Source: Bacteroidetes bacterium UBA3022
GTDB taxonomy: Bacteria > Bacteroidota > Bacteroidia > Chitinophagales > BACL12
Direction: 5' to 3'
Assembly (NCBI GenBank): GCA_002346225.1
Contig: DDYY01000079.1
Span: 4,394 to 68,393, forward strand
DNA: 64,000 bases
In this document: piece after piece, positions 1 to 9,690 of the stretch
How positions within the stretch are numbered: position 1 is the first letter of the stretch
How the letters are laid out: the number at the start of each line of letters is the position of its first letter
The notes under the pieces: generated by a model
The model's database searches: none
What the model was told of the DNA's origin: nothing
The model's input: only the letters and a program-made list of their open reading frames with translations
Translations under genes and position numbers: made by a program

Positions 1-1619
1 GTTACAGTCCAGCCCGGAGGCGCAGTTAATACAAGCTTTCCGGTTGGATTACCCTCTCTGTTATGCACTTCTACATTAACAATGGAAGCTTTGTTGCTTG
101 TAAAAAGCGGTACTTCCTGAATCATTTTAACAGTTACTGCAGGCAACACCTGCACCGGCTGGTAGATTTCACCTTTTGCCGGATCAATATATTTGCTCAC
201 AAGTGATCTGGTGAATACTATCTCTTCCCCGTCAATCAGCAGTCTAAACTCCACCATGGGCAATTCATCGTACATGGGAAGACCAATTAATTGGCGATCT
301 GCCACTTCGTACATACTGTTAAAAGGAGCTTTTAACCAGTAGGGAGTAGCGTTGGGATATCCGTCGAATGCTATCTGCAAAGTATCAGAGTAAATTATAT
401 TTTTTTCAATTTTAATATCTACTTGCTTTGTATAATCCTTTACCACCATGCTTTTCAGAACCACGGGATATCCGCTTCCAACCAGTACGTCAAAACGAGC
501 CTGAATTTCTTTTTCATCATTCCTTATATCTGTTACGACCGGTTCAGCCCATAAACCAATGGCAGCGGCAATACAGGAGGCAATCTGTTGCTGATCCGGA
601 CCATAGGTTTGTACACCTCCTTTTCCCAATAATTTATACAATTGGACCAGGGCCGGCACACTTTCTTCGGGATGCAGGAAATCATAGTTGGCAATGATAG
701 CTTCTATAGCTGCCTCCCATTCCTCACCGCCTTTTATGTCTGGCCAGCGATAAGGCATGTACAAAGGATCGATTTTTCCCTCAGGAACTGCACCTTTCAG
801 TAAAATAAGGTATTCAGGCTGGCTACCACGGTAGGGAGAGACACCAAACCCCTGGCTTCGGTGCTGGCTTCTTGCCTTTCCTGCTAATTCACCATAGGAG
901 GTCCCCAGGAAAGGGTCGTATTCACCCACATCTAAAGTAAAGACAGTTTTATTATCTACCCGATCCGGCAAGGTATTATCCCACCAGGAAGAGGCATTCC
1001 AGAAGACACGATTTACCTGCCATGTAGAGGTGTATTGCAATTGATTCGGAAATTGCATTGGATCTGCTGCCGCCTCAAATGCCTCCAATGCAAGAATAGC
1101 ACTGGTAGTGTGGTGGCCGTGTCCTGCTCTTTCATCGGGCGGGAAGCGGGTAATGATAATATCGGGTTTGAAATTTCTGATTACCCATACCACATCCGCC
1201 AGAATTGAATCTTTACCCCAGAGGCTCAGGGTTTCGTCGGCACTTTTAGAATAACCGAAATCCACCGCACGCGTAAAGAATTGCCGGGCACCATCGATGG
1301 ATCGCGCGGCCATTAATTCTGAAGCCCGGATAAGTCCCAAATATTTACCCTGCTCTTCCCCAATGAGATTCTGTCCGCCATCCCCCCTTGTCAATGACAA
1401 ATAGGCCGTTTCAAATTGCCTGCCATTGGCCAGGTAGGTAAGCATGCGGGTATTTTCATCATCAGGATGAGCTGCAATGTAAAGGACTCTGGTAGTCTGG
1501 CGCAGTTTATTTAACTCCTTATAAAGTTGGCTGCTACTCCATTGATCCTGCTGTGCATGCAGAACAATTGTATTACAAGAAAAGAGCAGAGAAAAGAAAA
1601 TCAGTTTACGAAAGTTCAC
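1..1619 (-). CDS. PIG-L/LmbE-family deacetylase, large secreted form; the 3' end runs off the left edge of the window
   Basis: Absent from the ORF track because it is open at the window edge. My translation of the minus strand from GTG at 1619 (in-frame TAA immediately upstream) gives a signal-like N-terminus VNFRKLIFFSLLFSCNTIVLHA. It continues VLYIAAHPDDENT...LSLTRGDGGQN...FPPDERAGHGHH, which are PIG-L metal-site motifs. The frame stays open to position 3. Confidence 0.7.
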   Translation of the reverse strand, partial: MNFRKLIFFSLLFSCNTIVLHAQQDQWSSSQLYKELNKLRQTTRVLYIAAHPDDENTRMLTYLANGRQFETAYLSLTRGDGGQNLIGEEQGKYLGLIRASELMAARSIDGARQFFTRAVDFGYSKSADETLSLWGKDSILADVVWVIRNFKPDIIITRFPPDERAGHGHHTTSAILALEAFEAAADPMQFPNQLQYTSTWQVNRVFWNASSWWDNTLPDRVDNKTVFTLDVGEYDPFLGTSYGELAGKARSQHRSQGFGVSPYRGSQPEYLILLKGAVPEGKIDPLYMPYRWPDIKGGEEWEAAIEAIIANYDFLHPEESVPALVQLYKLLGKGGVQTYGPDQQQIASCIAAAIGLWAEPVVTDIRNDEKEIQARFDVLVGSGYPVVLKSMVVKDYTKQVDIKIEKNIIYSDTLQIAFDGYPNATPYWLKAPFNSMYEVADRQLIGLPMYDELPMVEFRLLIDGEEIVFTRSLVSKYIDPAKGEIYQPVQVLPAVTVKMIQEVPLFTSNKASIVNVEVHNREGNPTGKLVLTAPPGWTV

Positions 1620-1697
1620 TTATTGACGTATTGATAGACGCCAAAAATAAGGAACTGAATTTGGATGGAAGTCCTTTAGGTGTAAGGAAGGATATTT

Positions 1698-2075
1698 TCA
1701 GACAGATGAAGGAAACTTCAGTGTCATTACATAGTTGATACCCGGAACGGCATTTCCGGACTCCAGCAAACGCCCTTCCAGGGACTGACGGATATAAGAG
1801 GTAAGCAGATTATAGCCTCCGGAGACATTGAGCACTTTAATTCTTTTGGTTTCATCCACCGTAAAAACAATGATGATATCTTTTGTTCCTGCAGGAACAT
1901 TGCCGCTTTTAGTCAGTGATTCAGCTGAAGGAAGGTAGCTGCTGGCTTCAGAGGAGGGATTTTGCTGCACCTGATCTGTTACCTGCAACTCCTGACGGAA
2001 GTTTCCCAATGCATAACCTGAAAAGAAACTCAGGAGCATCATTGATAACAATATTAGTCTCATGCGCAATTTCAT
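1698..2075 (-). CDS. hypothetical small secreted protein
   Basis: 125-aa ORF with a hydrophobic signal-like N-terminus (MKLRMRLILLSMMLLSFFSG). I recognise no family motif. Confidence 0.45.
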   Translation of the reverse strand: MKLRMRLILLSMMLLSFFSGYALGNFRQELQVTDQVQQNPSSEASSYLPSAESLTKSGNVPAGTKDIIIVFTVDETKRIKVLNVSGGYNLLTSYIRQSLEGRLLESGNAVPGINYVMTLKFPSSV

Positions 2076-2235
2076 AAAAGCCTGTAGTTCAGTATTAAAT
2101 GTTAAGGTAAATGTACGGCATTCCCTATTTCCTACTTACCTTTTAACCAAATTTAACCTTAAGACGTTCAGGTGTTACGAAATGTTACAGCATTAGAAAA
2201 AAAAATTTCAGTTTTGATGCAGAAAAAAGCTCTAA

Positions 2236-3033
2236 TTGAAAATTGAGGGAAAAACGATATGGGTTACCGGTGCGTCATCGGGCATCGGCAGAGCAATTGC
2301 TATTGAGCTCGCTAAGTCCGGTGGACGGTTGATTCTGTCCGCCAGGAGCAGGGAAGGCTTGCAAAGCACCCAAAAAGTTTGTCTGCAGTATACCGAGATG
2401 GCAGAGGTAGTGGTGATGGATGTAGCATCTGAATCATCTATCATGGAGGCATGGAAGCAAGTGCAGGAAACAGTGGATGTGGTCGATATCCTCATCAACA
2501 ACAGCGGTATCAGTCAGCGGGCAACGGCAGCATCCACGACAATGGCTGTCGCACGCCAGATTATGGAGGTTAACTACTTCGGCGCTATTCAACTCAGTAA
2601 GCTGGTATTGCCGGGTATGCTGCGACAACGTTCCGGGTATATCGTTGTAACGGGCAGCCTATCGGGGAAATTCGGCTGGAAACAGCGTAGTTCCTATGCA
2701 GCATCCAAATTTGCACTGCAAGGCTACTATGAATCACTGCGTGCTGAGACGGCAGACCAGCAAGTGCAGGTGATGATGGTAATCCCCGGTCGCATTAAGA
2801 CCGATATCTCGTTGCATTCGGTTACTGCAGATGGTACCCAGAACCAAAAGATGGATAAGGCGCAGGAAGGCGGTATTCCGGCAGATGTCTGCGCCAGGAA
2901 AGTGGTAAAAGGTATCATAGCCGACAAAAAGGAAATTATTATTTCAGGGTTTGAAAGGCTCATGATTACGATACGTTTTCTGGCTCCATGGCTGTATTAT
3001 CGCATAGCCGCCAAAAGGGATCCGAACATCTGA
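2236..3033 (+). CDS. short-chain dehydrogenase/reductase (SDR) family oxidoreductase
   Basis: TTG start. Contains the TGASSGIG Rossmann motif, NNSG, and the catalytic S...YAASK (YxxxK) motif. Confidence 0.85.
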   Translation: MKIEGKTIWVTGASSGIGRAIAIELAKSGGRLILSARSREGLQSTQKVCLQYTEMAEVVVMDVASESSIMEAWKQVQETVDVVDILINNSGISQRATAASTTMAVARQIMEVNYFGAIQLSKLVLPGMLRQRSGYIVVTGSLSGKFGWKQRSSYAASKFALQGYYESLRAETADQQVQVMMVIPGRIKTDISLHSVTADGTQNQKMDKAQEGGIPADVCARKVVKGIIADKKEIIISGFERLMITIRFLAPWLYYRIAAKRDPNI

Positions 3034-3061
3034 GCGCTTTACCTTTACTTTGTAACCTAAT

Positions 3062-4126
3062 ATGGCACAGCAACCAATCATCTGCGGAATTCAGCAAATG
3101 GGCATAGGTAACCCTTATGTGCATGAAGCCTGGAAATGGTACCGCCATCACTTTGGGATGGATATCAAGATTTTTGAGGAGGCGGCAGAAGCGAATCTGA
3201 TGCTACCTTATACCGGCGGCCAGCCTCATAAGCGCCACGCAGTGCTTGCCATCAACCTGAATGGTGGTGGCGGATTCGAAATATGGCAATATACGAGCAG
3301 GAAGCCCGTCGCTCCCGCTTTTGATTTGCAATATGGTGATCTGGGTATCTATATCTGCAAGATTAAAAGTAAGGATGTAAAGCGCAGCTATCAGCAAATG
3401 AAAGATGCGGGTGCCGAGGTACTGGGCGAAGTGGTCCCCAATCCTGCCGGCAAGCCTCATTTCTTTGTCAAAGACCTTTACGGTAATATTTTTGAAGTGG
3501 TGGCATCTGATGATTGGTTCACCAAACAAAAACATCTTTCGGGTGGTGTTTATGGTGCTGTCATCGGCGTCACTGATATGCAAAAGTCCCTACAGTTTTA
3601 TAAAGATATCCTGGGCTACGACACCGTACTTTTTGATGAAACCGGCGTTTTTGAGGACACGAAGGCCCTCCCCGGAGGATCACATATTTCCCGAAGGGTT
3701 TTGCTTTCTCACTCGCAACCCAGGACAGGACCTTTCAGTAAAATGCTGGGATCATCGAGAATAGAACTGGTGCAGGTACAAGGAAGAACACCCGAAAAGA
3801 TATTTCGCGATCGCTATTGGGGCGATCTCGGCTTCATTCATCTTTGCTACGATATAGTGGGCATGAAGGCTATGGAAGAGCTCTGTACGTCAAAGGGCTA
3901 TCCCTTTACCGTCGATAGTTCCAATAGTTTCGATATGGGCGAAGCGGCAGGACATTTCAGCTATATAGAGGATCCTGATGGTGCTTTAATTGAGTTTGTA
4001 GAAACCCATAAAATCCCCATTTTCAAGAAAATTGGGTGGTACCTGGATTTGCGAAAGCGCGACAGAACAGCATCATTACCTACATGGATGCTGAAGGCGT
4101 TGTCTGTGAACAGGCAGAAAGACTAG
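3062..4126 (+). CDS. VOC (glyoxalase/bleomycin-resistance/dioxygenase) family protein, two-domain
   Basis: 354 aa with two repeated beta-alpha-beta-beta-beta style modules (GIGNPYVHEAWKWY..., GAVIGVTDMQKSLQFYKDILGYD..., FSYIEDPDGALIEFVE). These are typical of VOC proteins. Confidence 0.65.
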   Translation: MAQQPIICGIQQMGIGNPYVHEAWKWYRHHFGMDIKIFEEAAEANLMLPYTGGQPHKRHAVLAINLNGGGGFEIWQYTSRKPVAPAFDLQYGDLGIYICKIKSKDVKRSYQQMKDAGAEVLGEVVPNPAGKPHFFVKDLYGNIFEVVASDDWFTKQKHLSGGVYGAVIGVTDMQKSLQFYKDILGYDTVLFDETGVFEDTKALPGGSHISRRVLLSHSQPRTGPFSKMLGSSRIELVQVQGRTPEKIFRDRYWGDLGFIHLCYDIVGMKAMEELCTSKGYPFTVDSSNSFDMGEAAGHFSYIEDPDGALIEFVETHKIPIFKKIGWYLDLRKRDRTASLPTWMLKALSVNRQKD

Positions 4127-4623
4127 CTACGGTAACGCAAGGTGGAGGGAGCGACACCTATTTCATCCGACAAAGAAAGTTCGGGAAAATGAATATTACA
4201 GCCAATGCGAATGATGGCAAGGTGATGTACTGCGTGATCGTAGCAATACAGCAGTTCTCTTCCAATAGAGCTGCTCATCCTGCATGGTATACCGCCTGAG
4301 GTTTTATCCAGCAATTGTTCCACCAGCACGCCTCTGCTTACATCAGTGCCATTTAACGTATCTGACAACCGATCGATGATATCTGCTGCATAAAGAGGAT
4401 CCAATTCGATATCAGTATCTCTTTTTCGATTATCGTAGCTAATCTCATTCACCATGCCATTTCCCAGCACACATAGATAAAAGTCAATTATGTGCCTGTA
4501 GTGCTGACCTATTGATGCGTCACTTAAAGCCGAAAGTGGAAGCCGATACTGGCTGACAGCTGTTTCTAAAAGCAGATCTTTCAATTGTTGCAACATACCT
4601 AATGTAGCCGACTTAATATCCAT
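4123..4623 (-). CDS. DinB-like four-helix-bundle protein (putative metal-dependent)
   Basis: 166 aa with spaced His residues (HYRHIIDFY ... YDHAVHHLAIIR), as in DinB/YfiT-like proteins. Assignment is from memory of the fold pattern only. Confidence 0.45.
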   Translation of the reverse strand: MDIKSATLGMLQQLKDLLLETAVSQYRLPLSALSDASIGQHYRHIIDFYLCVLGNGMVNEISYDNRKRDTDIELDPLYAADIIDRLSDTLNGTDVSRGVLVEQLLDKTSGGIPCRMSSSIGRELLYCYDHAVHHLAIIRIGCNIHFPELSLSDEIGVAPSTLRYRS

Positions 4624-4698
4624 TCTGCAAAAATAAGGCTAACTATGTTCTTTCCACTCTCTACAGGCAACATACCTGTGTAAAAAATTGTAAATAAA

Positions 4699-6384
4699 TC
4701 ATAAATCTGGGCTCTTGCTCAGGTAGTCAATCGTTGAAAGAAGATTGGTGAAGGACTTGTAATAAGTGAAAGGAAGTGTGCCATTCAGGTAGTCATTCGC
4801 CATAGCGTTTATAGCTGATGTATCCAGACTGCTCACCTCCGGCATGGCCGCCAATACCGCTGATGCCCAGCTGCTGTGGTAACTTTTTATCCAGTTATCA
4901 TAGTCCGTAAAATACAACCTAAAGTACCATCTGTTGGTCAGTTTATTGGTAAGTACTTTTGTTATATAGTCTAACCTTTTATATCTGGCTAACCAATGAA
5001 GGTAGGCACTCTCTGTCAATGGTATTTTATTGTTGATTAAAACGTGTGTAAGTGCTTTCCCGGCTGGCATCACCAGCTGCTGCTGAAGCTTACCTGATCT
5101 TTTTAATGTTGTATCACTATTGACAGCAAGGGTGTAAATGTCCCTGCTGAAGTAAGGATTAAACACTTTAAAATATTTACCGGCAAACCTTGTAGTGACA
5201 CTGTTAAAGTTCCTCCTGTGATAATAATAGTCGGTGAGATAAACCGCATCACCTTGTTGCGGTGCCAGCTTCAATTGCTGGTAAATAACATCATTGATAG
5301 TGTCCTTGGTTTCTTTTTCGGACCGCTCAAATATTTCATACCTGGTTTTTACCTCCGACATTTTTCTGATTTCTTCGGCAATTTCAGCAAGTGACGGTGA
5401 CCTGGAAAGTCCAACAGGCAAATAGTAGCTGCGCAGCAACTCACCACCGAAGGAAGAAAAGAATGTATCAGCAAGGGCAGCCTGTTGGGTATAGGAAACC
5501 ACTGCATGTGCATGCGAAAGTGCGTTGAGGGAACCTTCGTAGCTTGAATTCACCAACTCCATATACCGGGGAATGTTTTCATGGAAAGTGGTATTCTTTT
5601 CCAGGTCGTAAAATGCGTGCTGCACTTGTACCCGTTTTGCCAGTTTTCTGGCAACGGAAACATCCATGCTATTCGAAAAACCGTGGGTATAAGTATGCAA
5701 TTTCTGCTTGCCCGGTAAACTTGCCGCCAGGGTGGCGCGACTATCCAATCCTGATGTCAGCGCAAGAGAAATATGATCGCTTAGCTGCAAACCACGATGA
5801 ACATGACTGTAGAAAGCCTGCTGCAGCTGTCCGGCACTTGCAGGAGCACCCGGAAGCGGGAAAGCCCATCCTGTCTGTGATTCCATTTGTAAGTGTGGTC
5901 GGCAAAGCAGGGTAAAGCAGCAGCCTTCCTCCAAGGTCTTCACTTCATTGTATAACGTACTTTTGCCTAATGTACAATTGATAACCAGCAGACAAGCCAG
6001 GGCTGTCGTGTCAAAAGTCAGGCTCTTAGCCTTCCGTAATTCCAGCAATGAAGTACTGACAAGTATTTCATTGTCTGACTCAAGAACATACAGACAATAT
6101 AGTCGATACGGATCCGTAAATATGGCTACCTGTTGCCGTTGCTTATCAATCAGAATAAAGGTTCCACTCCCTTCTGTTTCATTGTAGAATTTTGCAACCC
6201 CATTCTTTGCCAGCACAACCAGGTCCTTACTGGCAGCCCAACCTGAACCGCTATTACATAACAAATAACCATATGTAATTCCGATATAATCCGTGTGTTC
6301 ATCTATTTGCAGCGCTTTAGCACTTCTATCTGCAGCAGAAAATGCAACTTCCACACCCGAGCCAGTATTTATTTTGATCAGCAT
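4699..6384 (-). CDS. asparagine synthase (AsnB)-like PP-loop ATPase lacking the N-terminal catalytic Cys
   Basis: 561 aa. Has the PP-loop-like ALTSGLDSR motif (SGGxDS class). The N-domain block GTFILIDKQRQQVAIFTDPYRLYCLY parallels the AsnB G-F-A-F...RD..G..PLY block. The protein starts MLIKIN, so there is no Cys2. Confidence 0.6.
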   Translation of the reverse strand: MLIKINTGSGVEVAFSAADRSAKALQIDEHTDYIGITYGYLLCNSGSGWAASKDLVVLAKNGVAKFYNETEGSGTFILIDKQRQQVAIFTDPYRLYCLYVLESDNEILVSTSLLELRKAKSLTFDTTALACLLVINCTLGKSTLYNEVKTLEEGCCFTLLCRPHLQMESQTGWAFPLPGAPASAGQLQQAFYSHVHRGLQLSDHISLALTSGLDSRATLAASLPGKQKLHTYTHGFSNSMDVSVARKLAKRVQVQHAFYDLEKNTTFHENIPRYMELVNSSYEGSLNALSHAHAVVSYTQQAALADTFFSSFGGELLRSYYLPVGLSRSPSLAEIAEEIRKMSEVKTRYEIFERSEKETKDTINDVIYQQLKLAPQQGDAVYLTDYYYHRRNFNSVTTRFAGKYFKVFNPYFSRDIYTLAVNSDTTLKRSGKLQQQLVMPAGKALTHVLINNKIPLTESAYLHWLARYKRLDYITKVLTNKLTNRWYFRLYFTDYDNWIKSYHSSWASAVLAAMPEVSSLDTSAINAMANDYLNGTLPFTYYKSFTNLLSTIDYLSKSPDL

Positions 6385-6471
6385 ACTTTTAACTGAACTT
6401 TTACAATTACCGGAATGTATTACATCCGGATATATCTATTTTTGCAATTATAACGATCAAATACATTTAAC

Positions 6472-7299
6472 ATGAAAAAAACAACGTTCCTTCTTGGCTT
6501 CATCAGTCTAATCACCACTGCAGCCTTCAGCCAGGCACCCGTAGATGGCTTTTATCCCGGTAAAGGTAATGGAGCTGTTGCGGTATCCGGTTCTTTTGAA
6601 CAATACGATTCATTTTTTCTGGGTAATGGTTCCGAAGCCAACTGGGCTGGCGATTACAATGTAAATTCCATTAGCCTTTATGGAACTTATGGCATTACGG
6701 AAGATTTGGGTATCGCCGTTTCCATTCCATATATAATGATTAGCACTATTAATTTCCAGGGAGACGATGTTACACGCAAAGATTTACAGGATATTAATAT
6801 CTATGCAAAATACCGGGCATTCGACAAGGATTTTGGTTCCTGGTCCTTAGCCATATCACCTGCATTAGGCTTCTTCACTCCATTAACCAACTACACTGTA
6901 GATTTCTATGGCGTCGGACAACAAGCCACAGGTTTTGACCTTCGAGGTATCGCCATGGCAACTTTCGATAACGGGCTGTTTGCTGAACTTCAGGGAAGCG
7001 GATTGGTGCGTTTTAACCCTGCTCCCAGTGGATCTACCTTTAATGTAAAAGCCGGGTACTTCAACAGTAAATGGTATGCAGATATTTACTACAGCATTCA
7101 AAGTATTCCCGGTGGAGAAGACCTTCCGGATCCAGAAGATTTTGAAGCGCTGGGTGTGAGCTTTAGTAAAATTGGACTAACCGTTGCATATAATGTAACC
7201 AATGCCATAGGAATTTATGCAGGCGGCGCTTACGTTATTGACGGATTGAGTGTGGGACAGTCCACAAGATATAGTGGCGGCGCAGTCTGGCGCTTCTAA
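6472..7299 (+). CDS. outer-membrane beta-barrel protein, hypothetical
   Basis: Signal peptide MKKTTFLLGFISLITTAAFSQA, alternating aromatic/Gly-rich strands, and a C-terminal ...GGAVWRF ending in Phe. Confidence 0.55.
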   Translation: MKKTTFLLGFISLITTAAFSQAPVDGFYPGKGNGAVAVSGSFEQYDSFFLGNGSEANWAGDYNVNSISLYGTYGITEDLGIAVSIPYIMISTINFQGDDVTRKDLQDINIYAKYRAFDKDFGSWSLAISPALGFFTPLTNYTVDFYGVGQQATGFDLRGIAMATFDNGLFAELQGSGLVRFNPAPSGSTFNVKAGYFNSKWYADIYYSIQSIPGGEDLPDPEDFEALGVSFSKIGLTVAYNVTNAIGIYAGGAYVIDGLSVGQSTRYSGGAVWRF

Positions 7300-7308
7300 T
7301 TTAATTTG

Positions 7309-7746
7309 TCAGGTATTTGATTTCAATCGAAGCTCACTCTGGACAGTTGCAGGTGCCGGCTTGGTATACATCATTGCCAGCGCTCCGACAACATAGGCGT
7401 ACAGGAATAGATTGTTCCCCGAAATAAACAGAAAAGCAATCTGTGCAAAACAAACAAAGTCTATCAACGCCCATCTGGTAATCGCAGTTGCTCGCCATTC
7501 CCCCAACTTTTCATCATCGGCTATGTCCTTAGCTGCAATAGCAGCGGTTCGTTGCCGGTAGAAATAGAATGCATAAAATAGTAATAGCAATACCAGCGCC
7601 ATGTCAATGCTCAACATCAAATCACCCGGAGTAAACGAAGCATCCGATGGAATGACAAATACAACAAGGCAAGCAAAGATTATGTGCCCGGACATAATTG
7701 CGTAGAAGATAATTTGCATTTGCTGCAAAAACTTATTGGTATTCAT
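7309..7746 (-). CDS. hypothetical integral membrane protein (about 4 TM segments)
   Basis: 145 aa with four hydrophobic stretches. Its start overlaps the stop of the upstream hydrolase gene by 4 nt. Confidence 0.5.
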   Translation of the reverse strand: MNTNKFLQQMQIIFYAIMSGHIIFACLVVFVIPSDASFTPGDLMLSIDMALVLLLLFYAFYFYRQRTAAIAAKDIADDEKLGEWRATAITRWALIDFVCFAQIAFLFISGNNLFLYAYVVGALAMMYTKPAPATVQSELRLKSNT

Positions 7747-8582
7747 ATAGATAATTGTTTTATAATCCAGTTGTCAATAATATGAAACAATTCATCCTGT
7801 TCGGTTTCATTGTGCATCTCATGGTACAAACCAGTCAATTCAACGTAATCAACATTTGAATGATTCTCACAAAAAAGGGCTGAAGCTGAATGATCTGTTA
7901 TCTTATCTCCCGAACCATGAACTACCAGCATCGGTAATTGGAGAGCTCCCTGGTGTTGCAACAGTTGCTCGCCCTTGTCAACAATAGCCAGAAATGCCGC
8001 AGGAGTGATCTTTCCGTGCACCAATGGGTCTGCAGTGTAGGCACGCGCAACTTCAGGCGGATGTGCCAGCAGTCCGGCATCCAGCTCAACAGGTTGAGAA
8101 AGGGCCGGAAATACTTTTGCCACCAGTTTTCCCAGTTGAATCCGCCATGCAGGAGGATCAAATGCCAGCCGAAGCCATGGAGAGGTAGCAATATAGCCGC
8201 GAACCTTTCCGGAACGATTAATGCTATGTGCTAATGTAATAAGACCACCCATACTATGTCCGTACAAAAAAACAGGACACTCAGGCGTTTTGGTTAGTAC
8301 ATCATTCAAGAGTAAATCGGCCTGATCTAAATAGTCGGTAAAAGCAGCCACATGCCCTCTTTTACCCTGCGACTTGCCATGACCCACCAAATCAATTGCC
8401 GAAACTGCCATTTGTCTTTCGGTAAAGAAAGTTGCCACATGCGCATACCTGCCGGAATGATCGCTTTGGCCGTGAATCAATGCAATATGGGCCTTCGGAT
8501 GGTCGGCCGGCATCCATTCCTGCACATGCAGATTATGCCCTTTCCAGTTGAGGTAATATGCGGTATGCTTCATACTCCACAA
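7743..8582 (-). CDS. alpha/beta hydrolase, lysophospholipase/monoacylglycerol-lipase-like
   Basis: Has HGQSDHSGRY, the nucleophile elbow GHSMGG, and the late HG.GD....H pattern (VVHGSGDKITDH ... YHEMHNE). Confidence 0.8.
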   Translation of the reverse strand: MWSMKHTAYYLNWKGHNLHVQEWMPADHPKAHIALIHGQSDHSGRYAHVATFFTERQMAVSAIDLVGHGKSQGKRGHVAAFTDYLDQADLLLNDVLTKTPECPVFLYGHSMGGLITLAHSINRSGKVRGYIATSPWLRLAFDPPAWRIQLGKLVAKVFPALSQPVELDAGLLAHPPEVARAYTADPLVHGKITPAAFLAIVDKGEQLLQHQGALQLPMLVVHGSGDKITDHSASALFCENHSNVDYVELTGLYHEMHNETEQDELFHIIDNWIIKQLSI

Positions 8583-8620
8583 AATAAAACTAAATTTAGC
8601 TTTGAATAGAAAAAAGCCTC

Positions 8621-9688
8621 ATGAAGAAAGGTATAAAAATCGCATTTACCCTGCTCAAACTAGTGCTGGTATTAGCCGTTTTATTTTTTGGTGGAATTAT
8701 CCTTTACGGAACTATTACCGAATACAAGCCAAAACCGGAGAGCCATGAAGCTATAAGCGTTAATGAAGTACCAGGCTCTCAAACACCCTCTGATACCATA
8801 CGACTCCTGAACTGGAACATTGGTTTTGGTGGACTGGGGGCAGAGATGGATTTTTTTTATGATGGCGGAAAATCAGTCAGAGCACCCCGAACGGTCTGGG
8901 ATAAGGACATGAATGGTATCCTGCAAACGCTCACGCAATCTTCTAATATCGATTTCTACCTGCTGCAAGAGGTGGATGTAGCATCGAAAAGAAGTTATTT
9001 TGTAAATCAGTTCGATAGTATTGGAGATTACTTGCAGCGATATGCATCGGCCTTTGCTGTAAACTACAATGTACAGCATGTCCCGCTTCCATTCACCCGA
9101 CCATTGGGAAAAGTTTATAGTGGTGTGGCTACATTTTCAGCACACCAGGTTGCAGAAGCCCAGCGCTATCAGTATCCGGGGTCCTTTCCATGGCCCACCC
9201 GCATCTTCTTTCTCGACCGATGTTTCCTCGTTACAGCAATTCCCTGGAAGAGCAGTACGCTGCTGGTTATCAATACACATAATTCTGCATATGATGAGAC
9301 AGGGGAGCTAAAGGCGCAGGAAATGGCGATGCTGATGAATTACGCCACTGATGCATATAAAAAAGGCCACTATGTTATTATTGGCGGCGATTTTAATCAG
9401 TGTCCGCCCGGCTTTAACCCCCATGCGTATGAACCGGACGGCTTTACAGGTTTCGCTCCCCCTGCAATGCCTGATAGTTTTATACCCGATGGTTGGAAGA
9501 CAGCCTTTGATGATCAGGTTCCGACCAACCGACATTTAGACCGACCGTTTTCAGATGCCAGCTTCAAGACCGTAATTGATTTCTATATCGTATCTCCCAA
9601 TGTGCAAATTCAAACCATTCAAGGTATTGATCTGAATTTTGCCTACTCCGACCATCAACCTGTATATTTGGAAGTAACACTGGATTGA
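8621..9688 (+). CDS. endonuclease/exonuclease/phosphatase (EEP) family protein with N-terminal membrane anchor
   Basis: N-terminal TM segment (LLKLVLVLAVLFFGGIILYG). EEP motifs are LLNWNIG, YLLQEVD, INTHNSAYD, IIGGDFN and SDHQPVYLEV. Confidence 0.75.
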   Translation: MKKGIKIAFTLLKLVLVLAVLFFGGIILYGTITEYKPKPESHEAISVNEVPGSQTPSDTIRLLNWNIGFGGLGAEMDFFYDGGKSVRAPRTVWDKDMNGILQTLTQSSNIDFYLLQEVDVASKRSYFVNQFDSIGDYLQRYASAFAVNYNVQHVPLPFTRPLGKVYSGVATFSAHQVAEAQRYQYPGSFPWPTRIFFLDRCFLVTAIPWKSSTLLVINTHNSAYDETGELKAQEMAMLMNYATDAYKKGHYVIIGGDFNQCPPGFNPHAYEPDGFTGFAPPAMPDSFIPDGWKTAFDDQVPTNRHLDRPFSDASFKTVIDFYIVSPNVQIQTIQGIDLNFAYSDHQPVYLEVTLD

Positions 9689-9690
9689 TT

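Noticed and set aside
4699-6384. AsnB-like protein as a lasso-peptide cyclase.
   Set aside because: There is no transglutaminase-like leader protease, no PqqD-like RRE and no plausible precursor. The only small ORF is a 24-codon frame overlapping the DinB-like start, with no Gly1/Asp-Glu ring logic. It is kept only as a weaker generic tailoring-pair observation.
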